From Camelus ferus (taxonomy: Eukaryota): a stretch of 64,000 nt of DNA. The notes below the pieces were generated by a model, which was not told the DNA's origin, did not search any database, and was given only the letters and a program-made list of their open reading frames with translations. Position 1 is the stretch's first letter; each line of letters opens with the position of its first letter. Position numbers and translations under genes: made by a program. Location: positions 6,078,001 to 6,142,000 of the forward strand of contig NC_045697.1 of assembly GCF_009834535.1 (NCBI RefSeq), in the 5' to 3' direction. Shown here piece by piece: positions 13,913-26,500 of this stretch.

Positions 13913-16900
13913 CTTATGAAATATCCAATCTTGCTAATAAGCAAAGAAACAGAAGATAATATTCTAAGGCAATACTTACTATTTTTGCCTATCAAATACC
14001 AAAGAGTCATTTAAACGCTTATGGATGACAGAGGTGTAGTGACGCTGTATGCTCCTGTACAGTGTGATGGGAAGGAAATTGAGGCTGCCTCTCTGGAGAA
14101 AAATTCCATATGTGTGAAAGTGTCAAATAAATTATATTCTTTGTCCTATTGTTTCCATTTCCAGGACCCTAAACCACAGAAATCGCAACCTGAATAATGA
14201 TTTATGTAGAAGACTGTTTATTCTAAGTTGGCAAATTCAGTGTTCCAATAATAAACACGATCCAGATGTCCAGCAAATAAGAGAACAATGAAACAAATTA
14301 CGGCAACTCATAAAAGAGAGTAAGGTACAGTTCTTAAAATTATCATGGCAAATAATTTTCATGACTTGCTTACAACATAGTGTTGCAAAATGATCAGCAT
14401 ACAGAAAGTTATAAATGTAACGAACCAAGTATGTGCGTGTGTGTACAAGTTTATATGATTAAAACATAATGATTGTGGTGGTGGTTTCATTGGTGTACAC
14501 ATCTATCAAAATTCATTACACTGTGCATCTGAAATACATGTAGTTTACTGTATAGGAATCATACCACAATGAAGGTGTTAAAAAATAATGGAAAGATGCT
14601 TTTAAAACCGTTAAAGTGTTTGTCCAGAAATGGTGAGATGTAGACATTTTAATGTTTTTCTTTACCAATTTCTTCCATATTGTCTACAAGGAATATGGGT
14701 ATACCATGATCATGAAAATCAGACAAGTAAGTTAACAAACAGGAGGTAAGAGATTTATGAAAGATACTTGTTTCAGTATTGTTCAAGTTAGTGAAAAATC
14801 CAGGGACAGCAAAGGCATTCAACACAGACAATAATAGTTACAGGGCACCTTTGTGATGGAATATAATGTAACACTGAAAATTACTGACGCTATTTTAAAA
14901 ATAGGCATCTACCTAGAATCTAGTGATATGGAGAAATGCCTTTGACGGGATGGTTAGTGCTTTTTTAAAAGCAGAACTCAAGGCACAGCGTTCTCTCTAC
15001 TGCATAACAGGTGTATAGATACCTAGCAAGTCATAGACCAAAATACTCAATGTCGCTGCCTTTCCTAACATGGCAGAATTTCAAGTGACTTTACTTCCTT
15101 TTTTATATTTCCCAGCGGTTCCAAGTATTTTTATAAAGGAACAAACTGGACGTGAGTCGTGCGTGAAGTGCGTCCCCACTGGAGCAGTGATGAAGTCTGA
15201 GCTCCCACTTCTTCCTGGGCCCAACGCCTCGTGCAGAAAGGATGTCCTCCCAGGGGTGTGAAACCATTCACTTAGGATCTCAAGCTGTGTCCATGTCTTC
15301 TCACACTTCTGCCTACAGTTTTTATCCCAATTCCTTTCTTCTTTATCATTGTCAGAGAAATAGCTAATTAATACATTTTTGAAATATCCTTTGGAAAAAT
15401 AAAATGTCACACCACCTCCACAGTGTTTTATGATGTGTCTTTGATTAAATTCACAGCCCCAGTGTTAATTCCTACATTTATTTCCCTCTCTTGCCTTCCG
15501 GCGGCTGTTCTAAAGCCTTCTTGCTGCTTCCTCCAGCCTCTGCATTTCAAAGCAACTGCCTGCATCGAACACAGCTTTTCTCTCTTTAATTTTTTTTTTC
15601 TTAGGAGCTCAGTTGTCTCTGTCTTTGAAGGTAAATGAAATACGATTAAAATAGAGAAAATGAAATGCTGACACTTAGCGAAATAACTGGCTCTCACTTG
15701 GCTGGAGTATCACAAATTCCTGAAGAGATGAATGAAAACTTCCCATTAGACATTCTTTCCTGGACCAGAAACCCCAAATTCATCTTCCCTGAGCTTGAAT
15801 TTGAAAAAAAGACATTCACTGAGTTGCTCACATACGCTCGTAGCCAAATCCAAGACTATCCGAAAGAAATCCAATCTGATGGGAAAAGACAGTCTATGGG
15901 GACCAACAGTACTGCCTCTCAGCTGCTGGGGTCAGAGGTGGGCATTCGCACCATGCCCCTTGGCCAGTGTCATGCTTATGAGCCTGGTGGGTGCAGGGAG
16001 AGGGGACCCTCGCCTGGGAATCCAGGTACCTGGGTTCTTGAATCAGCTCTGCCCTGAAGTTGCTCTGCGACTCGGGCAGTTCATTTCAGGGACCTCGGCA
16101 TCCATGCCCGCAGAGCTGCTTCTCCTCCAGGGCGCCCTGTGTTAGCACCTGCCGCTGCCACTCTAGCTGGCTGACGTGCCAGATGCTCGGCTTTATCCTT
16201 GACTCCTCCTCCCTCAGGCACCGCATCCCACCACTCACTAAGTGATTTCTCTGTGCCCATGGCCATGACTCTAATCCATCTCTCCACTAGACCAGTGCAA
16301 TCTCTTAGGGCTTTACTGGGATCCAGTCCTTTCTCTGTGCTGCAGCCGACGAGTCTTTTTTAAAGCACACATCCTCTCTGTCATTGCCTTACTTCAACCT
16401 GGCAGTGACCTTCCGTGGCTCTTGGATAAAGAGAAACTCCACAGCCACACACAGTCCCTGTTGAAGTGTGTGAACAGGCTGGACCCAACCCACAGATAGG
16501 AGGCTGTTTGTTTCTTTAAAAACCAACTGGCTTCCAATATATAAAAGTCAAGAAATGGGACATAAAAATCTGGATTCTTCTCTCAAAAATTAGAAAATCA
16601 ACCACCTCCAGTCGTGTACCTGTCGGGGACACAGCAGCAGCCACCCTCAGTGGAAAGGCATGCCCCCCAGCTGCCACAGCCTCCCCTGAGCCCCCTCATC
16701 TTGTCCACCCTTCACTGAACTCACTCGTGACACAGGTGTGGCCCCCCAGCCCTTACCTTTCTAGTGGCACCTCCCTCTCTGTCTTGGTGCTCCAGGCCCC
16801 CTTGGGTTTCTGCCTCTGAACAGATGACAGATGACAGGGCCTTCACTTTTACTGTTCCCTCTGTGTGGAACATGCTTCCCGCTCCTGCCTCTCTCTCTCC

Positions 16901-17584
16901 CCACCAGTCCTGACCTGGGCAAATCCTATGCATCCTCAAGGCATGAGTGTAAATGTCATTTCTACAGGAAGACCATCCCTGACCCCCCACTCTAGGACAG
17001 TGCCCTACCTTTCCCCCATCCCGCTGATCATTGGTGAATTGTCTTTCCTGTGAGCTCCCCAGAGCAGGGAGCAGTCTGACCTCCCCAGTACATGATCACT
17101 AGTCACCAGCCCAACACCCATCCCAGAGCAGAAGCTTCCTGAATATTTGCTGAATGAGTGAACAAACTTGTAGCTTCTGCATTTAACGTATATATGCATC
17201 AGTAAAACGTGACCTACTGCAGAGAAAAGATACAGAAGAAAGCAGAACTAACAGCATGGGACAGGTGCGTGGACAAGGTGTCCATTCGGGAGACATGCTG
17301 AACAGGATCACTGTTTGCCAGAGATGTTCCCTGGAGGAAGTCATGTTGAAGTGGAGCTTCGGATTTGGGACTTGTGAGCATGCCTGCCACCGATGGAGAC
17401 ACTGGCTCAGGGAGGTGACCTGTCCATGGCCACACAGTCAATGCAGTCCGTGAGCAAGATACAGGTGCAGGTTGTACCTGGCTCGGGGTCACAATCAAAG
17501 CTGCAACTCCAGCACCCAACTCACAGAATGTGCCGAGTGAGTGAATGGAGAGAGAAGACAGAGGTTCAAGAAAGACCTGGGACC

Positions 17585-17948
17585 TGCTGCAGACTGAATG
17601 TGTCCCCCCCCCAAATCCAAATGCTGAAATCCTGATTCCCAAGGTTAGAGTGTTAGGAAGTGGGGCTTTTGGGAGGTGCTTAGGTCATGAGGGTGGAGCC
17701 CTTATGAATGGGATCAGTGCCCTTAGAGGAAGAGACAGAAGAGAGATGACCTCGCTGTCCCCGAGGTGAGGACACAGCGAGAAGGTGGCTGTGTACAAGC
17801 AGGAAAGGGGACCCTCACCAGAACCTGACCGCGCTGCCACCTTGATCTGGGACCTCCAGTCTCCAAACCTGTGAGAAATAAGTTTCTGTTGTTTATAAGC
17901 CAGCTGGCCTGTGGTATCTGTTACAGCAGCCTCCAGAGGACCGAGACA
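17585..17948 (+). mobile_element. MLT1A-like MaLR LTR
   Basis: actgaatgtgtccccc...ggtcatgagggtggagccct...gtgagaaataagtttctgttgtttataagcc; TSD ggacc/ggaca. Confidence 0.88.
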
Positions 17949-18696
17949 GGACACAAGGAGCAGAAAGAAACTGACAGTGAGTTACAAAAGAGAACTTGGA
18001 TGAAGGATGAGAAACTGAAAAGTATCTCAAAAGAGAAAAGCTTAGGCTCTCCTGAGGCAGATATTTATTTACTTTTTACCCAGGGAGGCCAGTTCTATTC
18101 ATTGATTTTAAAATATATTTCTTATGTTTGAAGAGCTGAGGCTGTAATTGTTATGCTGGTTTATTGTCACACAGGCAATGTTTACTTTCAGAATTTTAAA
18201 ATACTTTTACCAACAAAAAGCAAAATAGTCTCGTTAATGTGGACTCTCACTTCAGTAAGGAAACTGTTTTCAAAAAACATTAATTAGAGAAATTGTCATG
18301 CCTCCAACAGCCACAAATGTGTGAGTTGTTTCCAGTTTTGCAAATGAAGAAAACAAAATTGTAGCGATAATAACCCAGAAGGGTTGATGATAAACGATCA
18401 GAAGCAGATGCCTCTGAGGTGACCTGGATTAGATGAGATATACAAAGACATACATAACGCTATAGAATAACACACTTTAAAATGGTTAAAATGGTAAACC
18501 TTATGTATATTTTACCACAATAGAAATAGCAAAACATTCCTCCAAAAAAAGGTTTTTAAGTGATAAATGCCAACTAGCCCCCGTTACCCTGTCATCTGGA
18601 GCCACCCTGCCTGATTCCTGCTCATGGAACCTTTGCTGAAGGAGGCAAGAGGCTTAGGAAGACCCTGTGTCCTCCCGGCCTCAGCGCTCACCGTGC

Positions 18697-20290
18697 TGTT
18701 GGGGTTTATAGTAAGAAATATATACTTGGTCTTCGTCCAGAAGCACAAAGCTCCTCCTAAAACCCTTGGAATTTCCTAAGTGCTAAGACCAGTCAAGATA
18801 TTTTATATTCATAACAAACCTCTTTCAACTACATCTAAGTCTAGGTTAGTGAAGTGACTTTAGGACCACACCTAAGGATGGGAGCAGGTGGCCAGGTGAA
18901 TCAATCACACGATTAGAGGGCTGGAACTTTCAATCCCACCCTCTGCTGTCCGGCAAGGGGAGAGGGGCTGGAGATTGAGTTCAGCCACCAATGGCCCATG
19001 TTTAATTCATCCTGCCTATGTGACATCCTGCCTATGTGACATTTCACATCCTGCCTATGTGAAATGCAGATGGCCAACAGGCACATGAAAAGATGCTCAA
19101 CAGCGCTTATCCCCAGGGAAATGCAAATCAAAACCATAAGATATCACCTCACACACCTTCAGAATGGCTATCGTCAAGAAGAACACACATAACAAATGTT
19201 AGCAAGGATGTGGAGAAAAGGGAACCCTAGATACTGTTGAAGGGAATGTAAACTGGTGCAGCCACAGGGGAAAAGAGTATGGAGGTTTCTCAAAAAACAA
19301 AAAATAGAACTACCACATGATCCAGCAATTCCACTGCTGGGCATGCATCTGAGAAAAAACAAAAATAATAATTTGAAAAGATACATGCACCCCAGTGTTC
19401 CTAGCAGCATTATTTACAATTGTCATGGTATGAAAACAGCCTAAGTGTTCATCAACAGATAAATGAACAAAGAAGGTGTGGTATGTGTGGAATATTACTC
19501 AGCAATAAAAAAAGAATGAAATTCTGCCATTTGCAGCAATATGGAAGGACCTGGAGAGCATTATGCTAGGTGAAATAAGTCAGACAAAGACAAATACTGT
19601 ATGGTATCACTTATATGTGGAATCTAAAAAATACAACAAACTAGTGAATATAACAAAAAGGACACAGACTCACAGACAGAGAACAAACTAGTGGTTACCA
19701 GGACGTAAGGGGCAATACAGAAGTGGGGCGGGGGAGGTACCAACTACCGTGTCAAGACGGGCTCAAGGACGTATTACACAACACGGGGAATATAGCCAGT
19801 ATTTTGTAATAGCTTTTAATGGAGTGTAACCTTTAAAAATTGTATTAAAAATAAAATTAATTAAAAGACTAAACAAAAAATCATGCTTATATAATGAAGG
19901 CTCCATTAAAACCCAAAAGGATGGGGCTTGGAGTGCCTCCCAGCTGGTGAACACGGTTTGAAGTGTGGAAGCCCCACGCCTTTCTCAGCCCTCAGCCTCT
20001 ACAGCAGTTCCATCGGACAGCTCTTGAGTTACACCCTTTCACAATAAACCAGTAGTCTAGTGAGTAAACTGGTTTTCTGAGTTCTGTGAGTACTCTAGCA
20101 AATGCACTGAATCTAGGAGGGGTCCTGGGACCCTCTCATTTACAGCCCGTCGGTCAGAAGCACAGGTGACGACCTGGACTTGGATGAGCCCTGACGCTGC
20201 GTCCAGGGGGTGGTGTCAGAACTGAGCTGAATCGCAGGACACATTGCTCGATGCAGGGGCAGAACCCACACGTTGGAACTGTAGTCAGTC
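18697..20290. mobile_element. MER21-like LTR split by an L1
   Basis: ctcctaaaacccttggaatttcc...gattagagggctggaactttca...; resumes after the L1 tail at about 19880. Confidence 0.7.
19063..19880 (+). mobile_element. 5'-truncated L1
   Basis: gatggccaacaggcacatgaaaagatgctc...[22 protein letters not shown]...A-rich tail. Confidence 0.92.
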
Positions 20291-21796
20291 ATTCTCACGT
20301 TCCCAGAGAGCCCAGAGGGCCCCGTTCCGGGCGGAGGAAGACAGCCGCACGCGTGGCTCGGCGGGCGGACTGAGCGGGTTCCGGCTGCAGCTCCAGCATT
20401 TTCCCAGTAGTGAGCCCCGCCCGGCTCTCAGCTCCCATTCCCACGCCTGCAGATACAGCTGCCCGTGACGCGGCCCCGGCCGTGGGCACTCAGCGCAAGG
20501 CCGGCGTGACAGCTGTGCTCCGCTCACGCGCCCAGAAGTGGCGGGCATTGGGCGCTGGACCCTCACTAGCGGTTTAATCTCCTCCCTCCCGGCCCTCTTG
20601 TGTCAGTGGGGAGGGGACGCCTCGTGTCCCTGGGAGGGGTCCTCGCGCTTCTCCTTCCCTCGTGCTCATCGGATACTCAGGCAGCAAGGCCCGGGGTCTC
20701 AGTCCACCCCTTCTCTCTCCTCTGGTCCACTGCCTCAGTTCCCGCCTCCGCCTACCCTCACCACGGGCACCCACAGCAAGTCTCCGTCAGGTCCCTCTCC
20801 TCCCTCCTCACCCTTCCCACCCTTGTCCACACCTGCCCCCCACGACCCCAGAGCCACCTTCTAACGCAGATGTGGCCTTGTCACTCTCCTGCTCTCGTGC
20901 CGCCTAGGGCTCCCTACTCCCCCAGGGGTAAGTCTACTGCGGCTCAGGGAACAGGTGCCTCCCCTCCCGCCCTCCCTGCACGTGCTCCTCCCTCAGCCCC
21001 CAAGCCACTCCCAGTCTTTCACAGCCCCTTTCCCATCTCAGGGCCTTTTCTTTAGCTGTCCCCTTTCCGGGCAGTGTCTTCTCTCTGAACTCCATCATTA
21101 CCTGCCTAACTGCTGCTCACCCTTCAGGGTTCAATTTAGAGGCCACCCCTTCTGGGAAGCCTTCCTTGATCACATCCCTCCCCACCCCAATCTGGATGAG
21201 GCACTCCTCCTTGCCAAGGCCACACAGCAGGTATATTGTTGCACTGGGATTTAAAGTCAGACCTTCCTGCTTCCAAAACAGAAAGCCAAAAACAGAAGAC
21301 TATGCATATTTATGTGGGAAGGAAAGACTCTAGAGTGAAGTAGAGCTGAAAACATCTTGGCAAGAGTCCCAAAATACATTAAATGAAGACAGCAAGTAGC
21401 AGAACAATGCATATGGCATGATTCCATTAAAAACAAAAAAAAAACCCACCTGTGTTTAAGTTTGAATAAGCAAGGGAAAAAGCCTAAATGAATTCTAATT
21501 GAGCTGTTAGCAAGAGCTATTGAATGGGTGGATTCAAACGCTCTATGAGCTTTGAATTTGTTGTATATTCTTTATTTTCTAAAAAAAAAAAAAAATCAAA
21601 CTCAATCAAAGGAACTCAACAACAACTTTTCTCCAGTGATACGTGAAAGGCTTGAATGCTTGGGAATTCCAAGGCTTAGGAACGAACTTTTGGGGGGAGG
21701 GTTCACTGACTACCCTTCGTCCTGCAAGGGACATGGGGAGCTGAGATGGTGATGTGGAATGAGAACGGACGTGGTTGGCTGCGGAGCCACACTTAC

Positions 21797-21942
21797 CTTT
21801 CCCAGCAGCTCAGGGAGGCCCAGCAGCTGCCCAGGGAACACGCCAATGCAGATGAAGATGGCAGTCGCCTGCCCCAGAGAGCCACGGATCTCCCTGGGCG
21901 AGATCTCGCTCAGGTGCATGGGGAGCGCACTGAGGGCGATGC
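21797..21942 (-). CDS. SLC2A9: SLC2A9 common exon (146 nt, end of TM4 and TM5), (G)[48 protein letters not shown]
   Basis: Acceptor cttccttcacag, donor AAG|GTAAGT, phase 1/0. Sugar-porter EISP-E-RG motif. Matches GLUT9 residues 179-227. Confidence 0.97.
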
Positions 21943-22171
21943 CTGTGAAGGAAGCGTGGCAGCAGTGAGAGAGGTGGCTCCTCCAGGGAAGACTCTGGTC
22001 GTGGCACCTCCCTCTGCTTTGAGATTGACAAAACTAGCATTGTAGCCACAGTACCACTGCCAGCACTCTGCACAAACTGCCAACACTTTAACACACGCTT
22101 TATCACTTAATCCGTAAAGTATGGCTGGGATGTGGATTTCAGGAGAGGATACAGCTGATGATGGGGGAGGA

Positions 22172-22220
22172 GGTGATGGTGATGGTGGTGATGGTGGTGG
22201 TGATGGTGGTGATGGTGGTA
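22172..22220. repeat. (GGT/GAT)n trinucleotide repeat
   Basis: Read directly from the sequence. Confidence 0.95.
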
Positions 22221-22956
22221 GTGACAGTTGTTCACCCCTCAAGGCAAACATGCTTAAGAAGCAAAAAGACAGGAATTATCTCCAAAGTTGCAGCATAAAC
22301 TGGATAATATTTGGATTTTTATCCCAAACACACATATTGAGAGCATCTGGCCTCATGTAAAAATGGGCTGGCCACAGATCAATTTGGCACAATGCTGCTT
22401 AGGGGGCAGTGGAATAGAGAGAAATGTGCAAGGATTCAAGTCCCAGAGCCCTGCCTTCCGCACGGGGTGACCTTGATCAAGTTAATTAGCTTCCTGTAGC
22501 TCCGCTTACTCACCTGTGAAAGGGTAATCATTGCTGCCTATTCCTGTTGCGGTGGGAATAAAATTACTATAAATAAAGCACCCGCCTCATGTATGGTCAC
22601 TTGATGGACACTTAGAAAACTGTTAGGTCTTCACCCTCACACGCCTCCTACCCCCTGGGGATAATTATCATCATCTCACAAAAAGCTAATAAGGAAATGA
22701 TAAGGCTGGCAGGAGAGAGGGGGCGTGGGTCGTGGTGAAGGACACGGAGCCCGTCTGACACAGTAAGAACCCTCCTTCACAGGGAGCCTGCACAGACTGG
22801 ATACATGGAAGCGCTTAGCAGAGTGCCTGGCACACAGTAGGCTGTCAATTAATGGAGACTCTTTTTACTTGCCTGTTGTGAAATGACATGGAAAAATTAA
22901 ATGCTGATGGCTAAACCAGTGGTGAATGAGGAGATGGTCTATTTGAAAGCTGGTCA

Positions 22957-23070
22957 TAGGATGACCAACACATCCCAGTTTGCTGTGGACCATCCTGGTT
23001 TCCGCACTGAACGTTCTCTGTCCTGGGAACCCCCTGAGTGCTGGGCAAACCAGGACAGTTGGCCATCCTG
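22957..23070. mobile_element. MER81-like hAT-Blackjack MITE
   Basis: About 114 bp with imperfect inverted ends taggatgaccaac / gttggccatcctg. Confidence 0.75.
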
Positions 23071-23324
23071 GGCCCGTAGTGCTGCGCCAAGCATCCCACA
23101 CACCCGAGTGGCCTCTCTCGATCTCTGACCTCATCTCTTGCCTTTCCTTCTCCCAGGTGCCCCAGCCGTAGGGTTTACTGAACACTCCAGGCTTATTCTG
23201 ACCACAGGACCTCAGCCTTGGCTGTTCTGTTTCTCTGGAGCCCTCGTCCACACAGCTCCACAGGCTGACTCCCTCCTGTCCTCCTGTCTCAGCTCAGCTT
23301 CACTCCTTCCCACGAACGTGACCC

Positions 23325-23790
23325 AATTTGACCTAACGGGTCCTTTGCAGATGTAATCAAGTTAAGATGAGGTCACATTGGACTAGGGTGGGCCCTCAAT
23401 CCAAAGGCCAGTGTCCTTATAATAAGGCCATGTGAAGATTCAGGGAGACACAGAGGCATGTGAAGATGGAGGCAGAGACGGGAGTGATGCTGTCACCAGC
23501 CAGGGAATGTTAAGACGAGATGGTGGGGTGAATTGTGATGGGAAGGGGCTGATTTCAATAGATGAAGGTCTCCGTGAGTGAGGAGGTGTGGTGGTTTCCT
23601 TTGCTGCCGTCATGAAGTGCTATGACTGGGGGGAACAGAAATTGCGTTCGCAGAGCTCTGGAGGCCAGAGGTATAATATCAAGGTACCAGCAGGGTTGGT
23701 CTCCTCTGGAGGCTCTGAAGGAGAGTCTGTTCCGTGCCCTCGCCTGGCTTCTAGTGCTGCCAGGAAGCCTCGGTGCTCCCCAGCTAAAGA
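23325..23790. mobile_element. Two truncated MLT1 fragments in opposite orientation
   Basis: aagttaagatgaggtcac...gggtgggccc (+) and aaggtaccagcagggttggt...ggctctgaaggagagtctgttc (-). Confidence 0.7.
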
Positions 23791-23794
23791 ACAC

Positions 23795-25100
23795 TACTTA
23801 GCGTCTTGTACTTTTGTGCAAGTGTGCTGGTGACAAACTTTATTAGCTTTTGTTTGACTTGAAAAGGTGTCTTTGTTTCACCTTTAATTTTGAAAGACAT
23901 TTTCATTGGGTGGAGAATTCTAGGTTGGCAGTTCTTTTCTGTCAGCTCTTTGAAAATAACATTTTGCTGCTTTTTCGTCTTCCTTTGTTTTTGTTGAATA
24001 GCCAGCTGTCCATTCTATTCTTACTAATTTGAAGGTAGGATATCTTTTTATCCTGTGTTTTAGAATAACTTTTTGTTTTGCCTTGGTAGTCAGAAATTTT
24101 ACTAAACTGTGCATAGGTGTGGTTTTCCTTGTGTTTATCCTACTCGGGATCCATACTGCTTCTCAGGTTTGCTTGATGTTGTTCATCAGTCTTGAAAAAA
24201 GTGTTGGCCATTAGTTCACAAAAACTGCTTTTTCTCCATGCTCTGTCTCCTCTCTTTCTGATTCTCCAATTTATGCATGCTAGGCATTTTTACAATTTCC
24301 CAGACATTTATTACCATCTTTTCTGTATTTTCATGCTTCAATCCGGATACTTTCTTCTGATTTTTGATGCTTTAGTTCCCTGATTCTTGATTCAGTTGAG
24401 TGCAACCTACTGATAAAACAATCCATTAAATTCTTAACTTCAGCTTTTGCATTTTTTAGTTCCAGAATTTTGATTTGGTAAATCAAAATATAACTTTCAT
24501 TTCTTTGCCAAAATTCTTGACCATATCTCTTGATCATCTGAACATATTAAACATAATTGTTTTAAAGGTTGTGTCAGATACTTTTATTTCCAGAATCACT
24601 ATCAGTTTGTTTCTTATTTCTGTTATATCTCCTGATTTTCTTCTTTATGCCTGGTTATTTTTTATTTAATGCCAGAGCATATATGAAAATTGTAAAAATA
24701 GTTTGAGGTTCTGGATGAACGCATCTGGCAGGGTGACAGGCTAGAGGCATGAGCAATCCCAGTTCACCAGGATTCCATCAGTGATTGAAAGGGTCTGAAG
24801 AGCTGATATATTTATAGTTGACCCTTGCTCCTATGGTGTAGCCTTACTGTGACTAGTGATAGGAGTTCGACCCCAGTTCCTCCTCATCAGCTCCATGAAT
24901 CTGCTGAGAGGTCTAATAAGCATCTCAGATTCTCAGCCATCATTGTGGAATTAGGAGATACCTCTAAGAGGAAAAGCTGCCCCCAATGTGGGCTTACCTC
25001 TCTGGGTTTTACTCCTTTCCCAGACTGTGGTCCTATAAGTCCTCCCTACCTAGGTAGCTATCTGGTATCTTTAAACAGACACTTTTTCTAATATTTCAAA
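23795..25100 (-). mobile_element. Ancient L1 fragments
   Basis: T-rich; minus strand gives ORF1-like peptide ILELKNAKAEVKNLMDCFISRL...E.RIREL. Confidence 0.65.
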
Positions 25101-26092
25101 AACATAATTCCTTCTATTTATCTATCTATCTATTAATTAAACCATTTCTTTATGGCAAAGGAGCCTCATTTTTCACTTATTTACCATTCAACAGACATTT
25201 ACTGAGCGTATACTGAGAGGTGGTCGCTGTGGTCACTGTTAGAAGCCGAGGCAATGGCAATGAAACAGATAAAAAGCCTTGCTGTTGAGCAGTCTGTATC
25301 CTGGGCAGGGCTGGGGGGATTGTATTGGAGGGAGGCTGAGCATAAGCATGAAGAATGTGCCGTGTGGTAGGGGGTGACAAGGGCTCCAGAGAAACACAAA
25401 GTGGGGTTGGAGGGAGGAGACAGAGGATGCCTGGGTGGGAGAAGTTGCAGTTTTACATGGGGTGGCCAGCGAAGCCTCACTGTATTGGCTTCTGAGCAGT
25501 GTCCTGGGGTGGATGAGGAACTAGCTACAGGGATAGTGCAGGGAAGAGTGATCTGGGCAGGGAGAACAGTGTGTGCGAGCTCCCTGAGGCACTCGCCCCT
25601 CTTGTTGCTTGTTGGAACCACGAGAACTCCACGGCAATTCCAAGGGCACCCGAGGGTGAGAGGCCACGTGCAGCAGAGATGAGCTGGCCCTGCGGGATCC
25701 CCTGAGACCAGCCAACCTGCAGGTAACCGCATGTGAGTGAGACTATCCAAGTTTATCCAGCCACTGACCGACCTGCAGCCAGCCTCAGCCACGGGGAGAG
25801 AGCCCAGCAGAGCCCAGCAGAGCCCAGCAGGGCCGGCCCAGGTCAGAACCGCCCTGCCAACCCTCAGAACTGTAAGCTCAGCAAAATGGTTATTGCCTTA
25901 AGCCATTATGTTTTTGTTTTGTTTTGTTTTTTAATATAGCAAAGCCTGATACAGACAAGGTGATGAAATTAACCTAGGTAGGTGGCAGAACCCAGGCCAT
26001 CTTAATTCATGACCCTCACCCTTAACCATTTCATTGTCTCAAGTCTCTGAGCCTCAGTGTCCTCTTACATAAAACGACAGCAAAGCCTTTCA

Positions 26093-26500
26093 TTGAAGTA
26101 CAGTTGACTTACAATATTATATTCGTTTCAGGTGCACAACACAGTGACTCGATATGTTTATACATTACAAAATGATCACCACCAAATCTCTTTACCATCT
26201 GTCACCACGCAAAGTTGCTGCAGTAGCACCGGCTGTATTTCCTGTGCTGTACATTGCATCCCCTGACTCACTTATCTTATAACTACAAGTTTGTACCTCT
26301 TAAGCTCCCTCATCTATTTCGCCCAACCCCCACCCTCCTTCCCTCTAGCAGCTGTCTGTTTGTTCCCTGAGTCTATGAGTCTGTTCTGTTTTGTTATGTT
26401 CGTTCATTTGTTTTGTTTTTTAGATTCCACGTATAAGTGAAAACATACAGTATTTGTCTTTCTCTGTCTGACTGATTTCACTGAACATAATACCCTCTGG
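26093..26500 (-). mobile_element. L1 3' end
   Basis: ttgaagtacagttgacttacaatatt...ttttagattccacgtataagtga...tttgtctttctctgtctgact. Confidence 0.88.

Larger units (their letters stand above)
11050..14900 (+). mobile_element. Ancient degenerate L1 (ORF2 and 3'UTR), interrupted by a SINE and an MLT1
   Basis: Very A-rich, with L1 motifs ccaggttgagatggttttactagtga and ccaggatgtaaggatggtttaata. Boundaries approximate. Confidence 0.75.

Noticed and set aside
21910..22360. Pro/Ser-rich and Gly/Asp-rich ORFs
   Set aside because: Translations of the (GGT/GAT)n repeat.
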